A stretch of 64,000 bases of DNA, taken from Chiloscyllium plagiosum. Its lineage: Eukaryota. A program made the position numbers and the translations under genes. Location of the stretch: contig NC_057750.1 in the NCBI RefSeq assembly GCF_004010195.1, positions 634,181 to 698,180 of the forward strand, read 5' to 3'. The stretch's first letter is position 1; each line of letters begins with the position of its first letter. The notes beneath the pieces were generated by a model. The model searched no databases, had not been told where the DNA came from, and saw only the letters and a program-made list of their open reading frames with translations. Of this stretch, positions 1-11,589 are shown in pieces.

Positions 1-1290
1 ATGAGCATTGCCACTGTGATGACCTTAGCCACAGTGATGACCTTAGACACTGTGATGTCCTTAGACACTGTGATGGCCTTAGACACTGTGATGTCCTTAG
101 ACACTGTGATGACCTTAGACACTGTGATGAGCATTGCCACTGTGATGACCATAGCCATTGTGATGGCCATAGGCACAGTGATTACCATAGCCTCTGTGAT
201 GGCCTTAGACACTATGATGGCCTTAGACACTATGATGACCTTAGACACTGTGATGACCTTCGACACCGTGATGAATTTGGACACCGTGATGGCCTTAGAC
301 ACTGTGATGTCCTTAGACACTGTGATGGCCTTAGCCATTGTAATGACCATAGACACTGTGATGACCATAGCCACAGTGATGACTTTAGACACTGTGATGT
401 CCTTAGATACTGTGATGACTTTAGACACTGTGATGGCCATTGCACTGTGATGACCATAGCCACTATGATGACCATAGACACTGTGATAACCATAGCCACT
501 GTGATAACCATAGACACTGTGATGGCCATAGACACTATGATGACCTTAGCCACTGTGATGGCCATAACCATTTTGATGGCCATAGACACTGTGATAGCCA
601 TAGACACTGTGATAGCCATAGACACTATGATGACCTTAGACACTGTGATGGCCAGAACCATTGTGATGGCCATAGACACTGTGATAGCCATAGACACTGT
701 GATGGCCTTAGATACTGTGATGACCTTAGACACTGTGATGGCTTTAGACACAGCGATGGCCTTAGACATTGTGATGACCTTAGACACGTGATGACCTTAG
801 ACACTGTGATGGCCATAGACACTGTGATGACCTTAGACACCGTGATGACCTTAGACACCGTGATGACCTTAGTCACTGTGATGGCCATAGACATTGTGAT
901 GACCTTAGACACGTGATGACCTTAGACACTATGATGGCCATAGACACTGTGATGACCTTAGACACCATGATGACCTTAGTCACTGTGATGGCCATAGACA
1001 CTGTGATGACCTTAGACACCGTGATGACCTTAGTCACTGTGATGGCCATAGACATTGTGATGACCTTAGACACCGTGATGACCTTGGTCACCGTGATGGC
1101 CTTAGCCACCGTTATGTCCTTGGACACCATGATGATCTTAGACACCATGTTGACCTTAGAAACTGTGATGACCATAGCCACCATGATGACCTCAGACACC
1201 GTGATGACCTTGGACACCTTGATGGCCTTAGACACTGTGATGACCGTAGACACTGTGATGGCCTTAGACACGGTGATGACCATGGCACTG
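1..1290. repeat. 18-bp minisatellite, consensus GTGATGACCTTAGACACT, about 70 copies, truncated by window start
   Basis: Periodicity is directly visible. It produces the VMTLDT / CDDLRH / VSKVIT pseudo-ORFs. 17-bp units near 441, 787 and 912 shift the frame. Confidence 0.97.
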
Positions 1291-1370
1291 AATGAAGAAA
1301 TGTTATCAAAAGTCTCAGACGGCATTAGTTGTCCTTGTTGGCGAGAAGATTAACCTTGCTGTGTTTGCAG

Positions 1371-1407
1371 TCCCTGAACGTGAGACAGAGAGATCAGGCT
1401 TCACCAG
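1371..1407 (+). other. Candidate 37-nt internal exon of an unidentified transcript
   Basis: attaac..ccttgctgtgtttgcag| acceptor and CAG|gtaaga donor. Open as SLNVRQRDQASP or xPERETERSGFTx. Confidence 0.45.
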
Positions 1408-2068
1408 GTAAGAAGTACTTCTGCATTGTGTGATGACAACACGCATAATCAATGAGACATTGGGGTTTAGTTCACCTGATAAAGGCAGATCCATCTGTCA
1501 GAGTGAACAAAAAATATCACAGAGAAAGGAACACAATAATTCAGATGATGTCACTTTTGTAAAAAGTGGAATATATTAGAAACAGCTCGGAATCGTGAAC
1601 AGTTTGAATCTTGACAGAGAAACACAACCGGTGCTCCACGAGATTGAAGTTCTGGGTCAGAGATACAGCAATGTCCAGATATAAATAGCCATCTTGTAAA
1701 TGTTTGTCTCATAGTCCATTTTGTCACTGCTCCAGTAAATCCATCATATTGTGAAAAAATATTTCTCTCAACGACGTTAGCTAACATTGCAATTATTCAA
1801 TACCTGTACAGTGCCTCTTTCTCCAGTGGTGTAGCTGCAGTTAGTGCACTCAGACGTCTGAAGTCCTTGAGGATTAATCAATGCTGAAAATTTTGTTTGC
1901 TTTAGTATTCAATGGTGATCGATTAAAACATGATGACGTTTACTCAGTTGTCAGTGGCTACAATTTTGTGAATGGGAAGTGGTTTAGTGCAGTGGGAATG
2001 AAAGACATTGCAGTTCCCTCAATATTCTGTTCTCCAAATGTTTTGCCTTTCTTTTGTTCCTCCCTTTT

Positions 2069-2200
2069 GAGGACTGCAGATGCTGGAGATCAGAGTCAAA
2101 AAGTGTGGTGCTGGAGAAGCAGGTCAGGCAGAATCCAAGGAGCAGGAGAATTAGCATTTTGGAATTCTTGATGAAGGCCTTATGCTTGAAATGTCGATTG
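2069..2200. mobile_element. Penelope-derived short element (family A), degenerate, with inverted hammerhead remnant
   Basis: gaggactgcagatgctggagatcagagtc...caggtcaggcag is shared with the 13519, 54401 and 62339 copies. Ends in ttgatgaaggccttatgcttgaaatgtc. Confidence 0.75.
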
Positions 2201-2302
2201 CTACAGAGAGATACAGAGATAAGACCTGTCTGGAAAACTGTCAGCCACAGTTATACTCACATACAGAAGCTGGCCATGTGCTCAAGAATGGGTCCTTCAT
2301 CA

Positions 2303-2610
2303 TCACAGAATCCCTACAGTGTGGAAACAGGTCTTTTGGCCAAACAAGCCCATACTGACCCTTTGAAGAGTATCCCATCCAGACCCATTCCCTATTACTC
2401 TACATTTACCCCTGACTCCTGCACTTAACTTACACATTCCTGGACCCTATGGGCAATTTGGCATGGCCAATCACCTTAAACTACAGGAGGAAACCCACAC
2501 TGATACAGGGAGAATGCATAATCTGCATGCAGACAATGGCCTGAGGCTGGAATCGAACCTGGGTCCTTGGCACTGTGAGGCAGCAGTGCCAACCACCCAG
2601 CACCATACCG
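2303..2610 (-). mobile_element. HE1-type V-SINE
   Basis: Reverse complement of tRNA head, partial V-core and the ccctacagtgtggaaacagg tail. Confidence 0.85.
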
Positions 2611-4249
2611 TCAGATTGATAACTTGTCATACTTACAACTAGTCACAACAGCACAAACCAATCAGCTACTTGTGTCAGCCAAATCTGAGTCTATACACCC
2701 ACTCCCACCCCGACCCCCAATGCAGTGCTTCCTATCTCAGGTCCAAGGCAGCAATGTAAACACAACTCCAAGGAGTTCCAGGAACTTGTTTTTAAAGGTT
2801 TTGCAACACCTTTCACAATCCTTGGTTTTAAAACTCCTGAAATGAAAATAAATAAACGAATACAACTCCGACCCTCGAAAAGGACAATTTGTTTGGCCAC
2901 ACCCACCTCGAGAAAGAACCTTGGAATCTTCCATTCCATCAGATGTTTACATTAATTGCCTACAAGTTGCAGTGCCAATTCTTTCAGGGGAGGGAAACAA
3001 AATGATTCCACTTTTTAATCTTCTTCCAGCTTTTGACTTTGTGCCTCTGAAATACCAGATTAAATTAGAGTCGGCTTCTTTTCACAGTCGCCTGAAGTAA
3101 CATTCGGGCTCTCGCCTATCAATCACAGCACAAGCTGAAAGGTTTCATTAGCTGTCAGTCAAAGTAACATGTTTTGAGGACTTGGAATGTCCAAGCAGTA
3201 ACAGAATGATGAAATGAATTCATAATAGTTTATAGAAGGGAAATGGAGAAAGATGTGAGAAAAACGCAAGTTTGAAAGAGTCCTGAGTGGGAGCTGGGTA
3301 ATGAAAGCAGAGAGAGAATGTTTTAAAATATCTAACAGCTTGGTAGTGACTGACATTGTGATGTGGATAATTCAAACTCCAGTCCAAGGTTCTGTCCCAT
3401 GAAAGTTAAGGTGGATTCAAACTTGCTCAGCTCCTCCAAAATCCTTCCACAGAGGTCACTCTGAAGATTACAGGGCTGACATTCCTCATCATCGGCAACA
3501 ATCTGTCCTTCCCCCATCTGATCTTTGACCGTTAGAAGGAAGGTGGTGGGATCGATGTTCAGAGAATCTCAGTATTTGGCAACCTTCAGAACAACAGAGA
3601 AAGACCACAGTAAGAATCTTGACTGATTGAGTCAGGGTGTCATTGGATGCAGGCATTGCTTGTGTTTTATTATTTTGTTGAGGGATTTTGTCAACATTTT
3701 GGAAGCCAACGTCTGTTGACCTTTCTTAATTGTCCTGCATTCTTGACACTCTGTGGTCCACGTTGCATCACAGTGCTATCAGGGGAACAGGAGTGTAGGT
3801 CCAAGCCAGGGTGGTGACTGGTTAGGATGGGAATCACCAAGGAACATGATTAGATCGGGTACAAGAGTACGGTGGACAGTGTCACCACACACGGTGCCGT
3901 TTTGTGGATTAGTGAACAGTGGATTAGAATAGATAATCTGAATGCAGAGTCTACATCACACATCTCCCTCAAGCAGAAACTCAATTCATTTGCTTTCCCA
4001 GTTAATTTCCAACAGAGAACCAACACCATTTAGCAACATGGATGCTGCTGGCGTTGGAATGGGCAACAATCAGAGAAGCTCATTGAATTAACCCATCTGA
4101 AGTCCTGTTCCATGAAGCTACCATAACAAGAGAACACTGTCCCATTGCTTGTTACCAAATAGATTACTGCAAATGGCCGGTAATTTTGTTTTTGAAAAGC
4201 ATGGAATTTATTTTCAAAAAGTGAAAGGAAGAAAGATCTTCATCCATCT

Positions 4250-4545
4250 AGCCATGATGGCTCAGTGTTTAGCATTGCTGCCTCCCAGCATCAGGGACCC
4301 AGGTTCAATTCCTGCCTCAGGTGAATGTCTGTGTGGAGTGTTCACATTCTCCCCGTGTCTGTGTGGGTTTCCTCCCACAGTCCAAAGATGTGCAGGTCAG
4401 ATGAATTAGCCATTCTAAATTGTCCACAGTGTTAGATGCATCAGTCAGAGGAAAATGAGTCTGGGTGGGTTACTCTTCAGAGGGTCAGTGTCTACTTGTT
4501 GGGCCAAAGGGCCTGTTTCCACACTGTAGGGAATCTAATCTAGTC
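4250..4545 (+). mobile_element. HE1-type V-SINE
   Basis: tggctcagtg..ggttcaattcc A/B boxes, V-core ttctccccgtgtctgtgtgggtttcc, tail gggcctgtttccacactgta..taatct. Confidence 0.9.
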
Positions 4546-5569
4546 TCTCTCCCAGAGCCCGTTGAATGCCCCACTGTTAGAATGAGCTTGGATCGATCCT
4601 TATGTAAGATTTCAAATTTGAATAACAACAAATAAAATCATGCTTAATTTCTCTCTTCTCCTGATACTCTTCTGCTACAATAGCCATTGCACCCAATTTG
4701 ACAAACTCCCAGGATTCCTCACTGATCTTCTTTGTTTTCTGTTGGGAGAAGCAGAGGAATTTTTCAGAGGCTTCCCAGACTGGCCATGGAAATTCATTCT
4801 TCTGGATGATAGTGTGATTGGGGAATTGTATCACAGCAAACATGATTGAGAATAATCCCAAATCCCAACATCCCAGTCATTGATGTACTGTTGATGCTTC
4901 CCATCTGTCCTGAATCACTCCCAGATTGAGTGCTTGGATGCTGTTTGCCCCAGTGGAGCTGAATGTACTCCTTACATTTCTGAAAAGTCCCATGTGTTTT
5001 GACCTTTCTGTCAATAATGAAATTTTTAATAAGCAAATACATCCTACTAAGAATCCTCTGAAATCTACAGAGTAGCATCTATACACTTAGAAGTTGCAAC
5101 TTTAGGTCATCCTCGTGACTTAAGCGAGGGGGCAACTCAGAGTATTTGTATAGTTCAGTCACTTGTCCATCTGAATCACATCCTTTGCATTAAACATCGG
5201 GCCGTATAAAATAACAATGGAACTGAGCTTCATCAGCATAGAGTCAAGAGCTAATGCAAAATTAATTCATTGCTTTAATCCTGCCAGATTTCTGTTGTTG
5301 TATACATGTATATTTAATTATACAGCAGGCATTCTGTTCTGAATGCCATGCCTTACACCCCTGAGATATGTTGATGTTTGAGGGATGAAACACTAGTAGA
5401 GATTGAAATTGAATATGTACAGAGATGAATTCTTCCACATAAACCTAACTTAGCGCTAATCTGAGAAACTGGGAAAAAAATGCTTCATCATCAGGATTCT
5501 GCTACCAATCAAAACAGAATTTTAAATTCACTTTTTTTGCACCAGGTGGGTCCTAATATACAATCCCAA

Positions 5570-5655
5570 ATCAGATCACCTGGTCATTTATCTTATTGCT
5601 GCTTGTGGGATCTTGCTGTGCAAAAATGAACTACCTTTGTTATATTACAACTGGA
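5570..5655 (+). mobile_element. DeuSINE (SacSINE1/AmnSINE1-like) fragment
   Basis: cagatcacctggtcatttatcttattgctgcttgtgggatcttgctgtgc resembles the Deu-domain sequence. Confidence 0.6.
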
Positions 5656-5979
5656 GCTACTGTACATGGAACACAGCCAACTGCCCTGTAACCCATTATA
5701 TAACTGCTGTAGGAACCAACTATGTATATTTAAGCTCTAAACCTGTTCAGTGATAATTATTTAACATCCCTTCAGTAACTGGGACTTGAACCCTAGCCTT
5801 CTGGCTCAGGGGGGAGGGACACTCCCACAGCACCACATGAGCTCTAGAAATAATTTGGTAAATGTTTATTTCAGCAGTATCCTGATCTTTGGTTGTGATG
5901 GCATTACAGATTAACATCTTCATGTTGTGAACCGAGGGATAGCTATTGACCAGCAATAACTCGTCTTCAAAGAAATATA

Positions 5980-6296
5980 CATCAACGCTTCTACCTCCTC
6001 AGGACACTAAGGACATTTGGTCTGTCCACAAGGACTCTTACCAACTTTTGTAGCTGCATCACAGAAAGCATCCTATCTGATGCATCACAGCATTGTCTGG
6101 CAACTGCTCTGCCCAGGACTGCAAGAAAATGCAGAGAGTTGTGAACACAGCCCAGTCCATCTCACAAACCAGCCTCCCATCCACTGACTCCATCTACACT
6201 CCCCACTGCCTCAGAAAAGCAGCGAACATCATCAAAGAGCCCTCCCACCCCAACTATAATCTCTCCCAGCCTCTTCCATTGGGCAGAAGATATAAA
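5980..6296 (+). mobile_element. Rex1/Babar-clade LINE 3' ORF fragment
   Basis: Encodes GNCSAQDCKKMQRVVNTAQSI..LPS..SIY..CLRKAANIIKEPSHP, typical of the Rex1 C-terminus. Confidence 0.8.
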
Positions 6297-6489
6297 CAAA
6301 CAAATCAAGCAAAATACCATCCCTACTCTTCAATCAAAGAAAGAACGATGGATGCTGGAGATCTGAAACAACAGAAATTGCAGGAGAAACTCAGCAGGTA
6401 TGGCAGCATCTGTGAAGAGAGAAAGCAGAATTAGCATTTAGGATCCAGAACTGAAGAAACTCAAAACTTTGAGTCTACTTTCTCTCCAC

Positions 6490-7158
6490 TTTCTTTTTAT
6501 TCATTCATGAGACAAGGGCATCACTGGCTAAGCCAGCATTTAGATTAGATTAGATTCCCTACAGTGTAGAAACAGGCCCTTCAGCCCGACAAGTCCACAC
6601 CGACCCGCTGAAGAGTAACCCACCAAAGACCCATTCCCCTACCCTATATTTACCCCTGACTAATGCAACAAACACTATGGGCAATTTAGCATGGCCAATT
6701 TACCTGGCCTGCACATCTTTGGACTGTGGGAGGAAACCGGAGCACCCGGAGGAAACCCACGCAGACACAGGGAGAATGTGCAAACACCACACAGACAGTC
6801 ACCTGAGGCTGGAATCGAACCTGGGTCCCTCATGCTGTGAGACAGCAGTGCTAACCGCTGAGCCACCCATTATTGCCCATCTCGGATTGCCCAAAGAGCA
6901 GTTAAAAGTCAACCACATTGCTATGGTCCTGAATTCACATGTAGGCCAGACCAGGTAAGGATGGCAGTTTCCATCTTTAAAGAACATTTCTGACAATCGA
7001 AATGGATTAATGGCCATCATTGGACTCTTATTTACAGATATTTATTGAATTCAAATTCCACCATTTGCTGTGGCAGGATTCAAACCTGGGTCCCCAGACA
7101 TTACCTGGGTCTCTGAATTAACTGCCCAGCTTCAATACCACTTGGCAGTCACACCTCC
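6490..7158 (-). mobile_element. tRNA-derived SINE family B (split by HE1)
   Basis: Reverse complement of the 55680-56030 element. Confidence 0.85.
6541..6870 (-). mobile_element. HE1-type V-SINE nested in SINE-B
   Basis: (TAGAT)n tail, complete V-core and tRNA head. Confidence 0.93.
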
Positions 7159-8349
7159 CAGACCCCCGATGCTGCCGGACCTCCTGAATTTCTCCAGCAA
7201 ATTCTGTTTCTGCATCATCCCTCCCCTTCCCAGGCTTTGAACGTTGCCTATACTGTGACCCATGTGCTTTCAGTTGAGTATCTCAGTTGTGACATCCAAC
7301 CCCGCCCCCACCTCCCCACCCACAACATGCTGGGTGACAATCGTGTTGCTTTCAGACTCTAATGTTGCAGATTACATGAACAAAACATTTCCTTGTCTGC
7401 TGCTGTGGTAAATGATAAATCTCACTAGTACATGCTTATTTCATGTCTTTGGGTTTGTATGCATTGTTTCCTGACTCTCAGCCAAGGGGACAAATTAACT
7501 GTTCTTCATCACACTATATCATGACCTCCAGCCAATACTGTTTGCGGAAAGCACATGGGAAATGTGGTGCTATGACATAACTGTCTGTCTGCTGGATCCA
7601 TGTCCCAGTTCAGGAGAAAGTGTGGCTAATGGGGGCAGAGACTGCAGTTTGAAGATTAATATTGATTTACACTAAGCATCGCAGTAGGCGATGGATTGGG
7701 AGTTATGGATTGGGAGAAATGGGGCACAGGCAATGGTTAGCTCACCAGGAAATCCTATCAGCATTTAGAATGAGTCGCAAGTCCCCATTCTGGTTTTGAT
7801 AAGGGCTGAGAACTATTTTAATCTAATCCAAGTGAAATGACAGTAAACACAGGTGATATAAGGAGAACAGATAGACCACATCTTCATCTGTTCACAGAGT
7901 AAATTAAGTTAAAATCACTTTGGGGCATTATAATTGGTGTTGTGTGACTGCAGTATCCAATGTAGACGCACAGGCCCTGGGTTCACAGCATAAATAAAAC
8001 AGCTGCCAATATAGATCATTCAGATCTGTCTGCTGTGGAACTGAGCCGAGTGGGAAAGAAAGATCCCAAATTTGATGCCTGCCCTAGGGGCCAATGAGAC
8101 GATTTAAGCTTTGCTTTGGCAGCCTGACCTTTCACCCATGGCAAAGTTATTAACAGATGGGTATAAGCTTTGTGGAGCTACATACAACACTCAGAAATAA
8201 ACATCTCAGTGCAAAATTAAGTCATTTGGCCTGTTAGACATATGTTTGTTCTAATTTCACTGAAGCCATGCAGCGATTGCAGGATGTTTTGGTATTAGTG
8301 TGGAGCTCCTTCAGCTCTCAGGGTGAGGAAACATCGTTTGACGTTGCCC

Positions 8350-8690
8350 TATCAGCTGGCAGCCTCTGCTTTGCCACTCATATTTTTAGCTGGGTTTATT
8401 TTTAGTGGTGCTGCTGCAGGGACTAGCTCACAGAGATGGGTTATAATCCTGCCCCCGGCTGCAATCTCAGCTTCTGTTTTAATCGGGTTTTATGGGCAGG
8501 GCTTAGTAGGGGGAAGAGGTGGCTCAGGGATGGATCGATTCCAAAAGAAAAACCAAAGTAAACAAAGGACAAACCCATCCTGCAGTCCTAATGTGCTATG
8601 AGCCTGGATAAATCACTGCAGGGTGGGAATTTGCCCCTCCGGAAGTGAGCATTCCACTTTCTGGAACAACTGGTCAATCTGATTGGCTCC
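8350..8690. promoter_or_regulatory. Candidate regulatory module: E-box, two MEF2-like sites, ETS, M-CAT, reverse CCAAT
   Basis: CAGCTG 8353; ATATTTTTAG 8380; TTATTTTTAG 8396; CCGGAAGTG 8639; CATTCC 8650; CTGATTGG 8679. Confidence 0.4.
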
Positions 8691-8767
8691 CCAATTATCA
8701 AGATCTGGTGTTGCTGGTAATGGGCCCCTCCGGGACAACACCCAGTCCCACAAAGACGACCCCATGC

Positions 8768-8885
8768 AGAGGGAGCTCTGGGTCTGGGGAGAGGGAGCTC
8801 TGGGATGGGGAGAGGGAGCTCTGGGATGGGGAGAGGGAGCTCTGGGTCTGGGGAGAGGAAGCTCTCGGATGGGGAGAGGGAGCCT
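8768..8885. repeat. About 20-bp G-rich minisatellite (GAGGGAGCTCTGGGATGGGG), 5-6 copies
   Basis: Directly visible tandem units. Confidence 0.9.
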
Positions 8886-9429
8886 TGCTCTCTATCTGTG
8901 AATGAAGTAATGGATATTGATGTAAGAGTGTTGTATTGCACTGCACTGACAGTCCTCACCTAAATATAACCACAGGAACAGAACAGTGATAAAAATAGAG
9001 AAAATGAAGAAATAAATTGGATAATAGGAAAGGTTCGAGGTAAATTGGAAACTGATGATGCTCCTTCATGAGACAACATGTTATATGTCTGATTCTAAAT
9101 GACAACCCTGCTGATCTGTTCATCATCAAACTGTTAATGTCAGGTGTTATGAAGCTCAGAAACTTAATTTCTTTTTCAAAAGGTATTCTTCCTCCAGTAA
9201 CAAATGGGGGGAATAATCGGAAAATATTGATGTGTAACTTCACTTGCAGCAACATATTGTTAAAGTTCTTACTCAACTGAAAGTCTTATTCAGATCAGAA
9301 ATGCCTCATTGCTGAAAGTACCCAATTACTCAGCCCATGAGACAGATTGGGTTTGATCTCAGGCTGTGCTGAGATCATTTATTTTACTTTTTTAAAATTA
9401 ATGGAATTAGTATTAATGGAATCAGTAAT

Positions 9430-9775
9430 GCTCATCCTGAGTTGTCCTTGAGAAGGTGGGGGTGAGCTACCCTCTCTGACCATTGTAGTCCATGTACTGT
9501 AGGAACACCCACAAGGCCCTTAGGGAGGGAAATCCAGGAATTTCACCCAATGGCAGGGAAGGAATGGTGATACATTTCCAAGTCAGAATGGTGAGTGACT
9601 CAAAGGGGAACATAGTGTTCCCATATATCTGTTGCCCTTGCCCTCCTCGGTGATAAAGGTGGTGGGTTTAGAAGACGCTGGCTAAGGATCTTTGGTGAAT
9701 TTCTGCAATGCATCTTGTACACATTACAGCTACTTAGTGAGAGTGGAGGAGGGAATGATTATTGAAGGCGGTGGA
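9430..9775 (-). mobile_element. 3' part of a LINE that shares its tail with SINE-B
   Basis: ccttgagaaggtgggggtgagct...ttccaagtcagaatggtgagtg recurs at 33880, 37100 and 41700. Confidence 0.7.
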
Positions 9776-10054
9776 TAGGTTTATTTCGCAAACTCAGCTG
9801 CAAATGGATAACTCCCAGGCATGGTGCAGTGTATCCAGAGAAAGGTGAGATGGAAGTGGAGATAGGCAGATTTCAGTAAGGACTGATTCGATGTAGATGT
9901 TCCTCGAACTAGTTGTTAAGGTCCATAGTGTAGGCTAGCACTAAGGGACACTAGGGTAAGTCACTAACCAATGATTCAGCATTGCAAGCTCAGGCATTCA
10001 AGAGGGATAGAGGTGAACAGTTTCAGATTTTCAAGGTGACGGATGGTTTTCAAA

Positions 10055-10225
10055 AATTGGAACTCACACAACACCACATTATAGTCCAACAGTCCTGACT
10101 CCAGCTGATGAAGGAGCAGCGCTCTGAAAGCTTGTGATTTCAAAGAAATCTGTTGGACTAAACCTGATCTTATGTGACTTCTGACTCTGTCTATCCCAGT
10201 CCAACACCAGCACCTCCATATCATT
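10055..10225 (+). mobile_element. Hammerhead-bearing short element (family B) with a short inverted segment
   Basis: ctgatgaaggagcagcgctctgaaagctt at 10105. atagtccaacag / ctgttggacta are inverted. Confidence 0.75.
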
Positions 10226-11112
10226 TTAAAAGCTTATTTTGTTTCCACAGTGTGGGCTTAGGGTGTTGTAAATTGGGCGGGATAGTGAGAATATAAAAGA
10301 TCTTAGTTGATCTGGTAAGGGATGAGAAGAGAGACTGGAGACTAGGGACGAAGAACAAATTTTCTATCAAGTAATCATTTCAAAGTTTATGAAAAAAGAG
10401 TTTATGGTTATTAGTGTTGCCCAAGGGTGAGTATGTGAGTGATGTACCTTGCATACAAATGTACTGCAAATGGTGTGAAACATCATTCCCGAATCCTTCA
10501 AAACCCGACAGAATGTGAGAAATTAGGGAGTGCGCATGACAATCTCAGTTAAAAGATGTCAACACAGTCTGATCCAAAATTAGAAAGTGTCATTTCTGTA
10601 ATGTAACATGAAGACGTGCTGAAGATTTTTCTGAAAAGATTGGCTACTTTTTATAAAGTATTAGCACAAATATTTGACAGTTTTTGAAACAGAAGCTGGT
10701 TAAAAGGAAGGAAAATAGCCTGTTTAAAATAATCAATAACTTTTCTTTCTTTATTCTTTGAGAAACACTTAAAGACAATCTATAGCTACAACTGGTGAAT
10801 CTGACATTTCCTTTTGCTGAGGAGAATGTCAATTGTCGAAATGTATTTTCACTCCCACAGCCTCAGTGTAAGATGAAGACTGATGGGTCTGTGCTAATAA
10901 GAGAGATTGTCCCTGCAGTTTCTGACTCTGACTCAACGTGTTCCTGGAGCTCTCATCTATGTCTCGCCACTGCTTTTCAGTCATTGGTCGCCTGATATGT
11001 CCATCACCATGTCTCACCTTCAAACACCAGTCTGAAATGACTTTTCAGTCTCCAACTGGTTGCTGCATAAGTATTATATTCAAACCGTTGTCTCTGCTGT
11101 CACTAATATTCT

Positions 11113-11324
11113 TGGTTAGAGACAAAAGAACAGCAGATGCTGGAATCCAAGGTAAATAAGCAGGAGGCTGGAAGAACACAGCAAGCCAGGCAGCACCAGG
11201 AGGTGAAGAAGTCAATATTTTGGGTGTAACTATTCTTTAGGACTTAAGTAGGGCTACACCCGAAATGCTGTCTTCTCCCCCTCATGATGCTGCCTGGCTT
11301 GCTGTGTTCTTCCAACCTCCTGCT
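11113..11324. mobile_element. Palindromic Penelope-like short element (family E) with 15-bp TSD
   Basis: TGTCACTAATATTCT at 11098-11112 and 11325-11339. Inverted arms; same family as 56797-57010. Confidence 0.85.
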
Positions 11325-11361
11325 TGTCACTAATATTCTAACAATGCATTACTTGCTCATG

Positions 11362-11570
11362 GGAGGTCAGTTAGCTCAGTTGGCTGGATGGCTAGTTTAC
11401 AACATAGATGAGGCCAACAGCTCAATTCCCACACTGGCTGCAGCTACCATGCAGGATTCTCTGCCTCAATCTCTGAGGCTTGGTGACCCTCCGGTTAAAC
11501 TACCATCAGTTGTATTGCTCCAATGAGCGAGCAGCCCTGTGAGCTGGTCAGACTATGGTGACTTTACCTT
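11362..11570 (+). mobile_element. tRNA-derived SINE family C
   Basis: ttagctcagttgg A-box head; tail gactatggtgactttacctt. Copies at 20055, 60000 and 63005. Confidence 0.75.
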
Positions 11571-11589
11571 CTATGTTCTGGAGATAAGT

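Larger units (their letters stand above)
6340..7215. mobile_element. Palindromic Penelope-like short element (family D), interrupted by SINE-B and HE1
   Basis: cagaaattgcaggagaaactcagcagg...gcagcatc is inverted at 7168-7210 (gatgctgccggacctcctgaatttctccagcaaattctg). Confidence 0.65.

Noticed and set aside
1..1290. CRISPR-like array or bona fide repeat-protein gene
   Set aside because: Contiguous units with no unique spacers and no cas genes; frameshifting units break the dominant frame.
4940..4975. QLHWG resembling the carbonic anhydrase HxHWG motif
   Set aside because: The first His and the following GSEH and ELHxVH motifs are absent.
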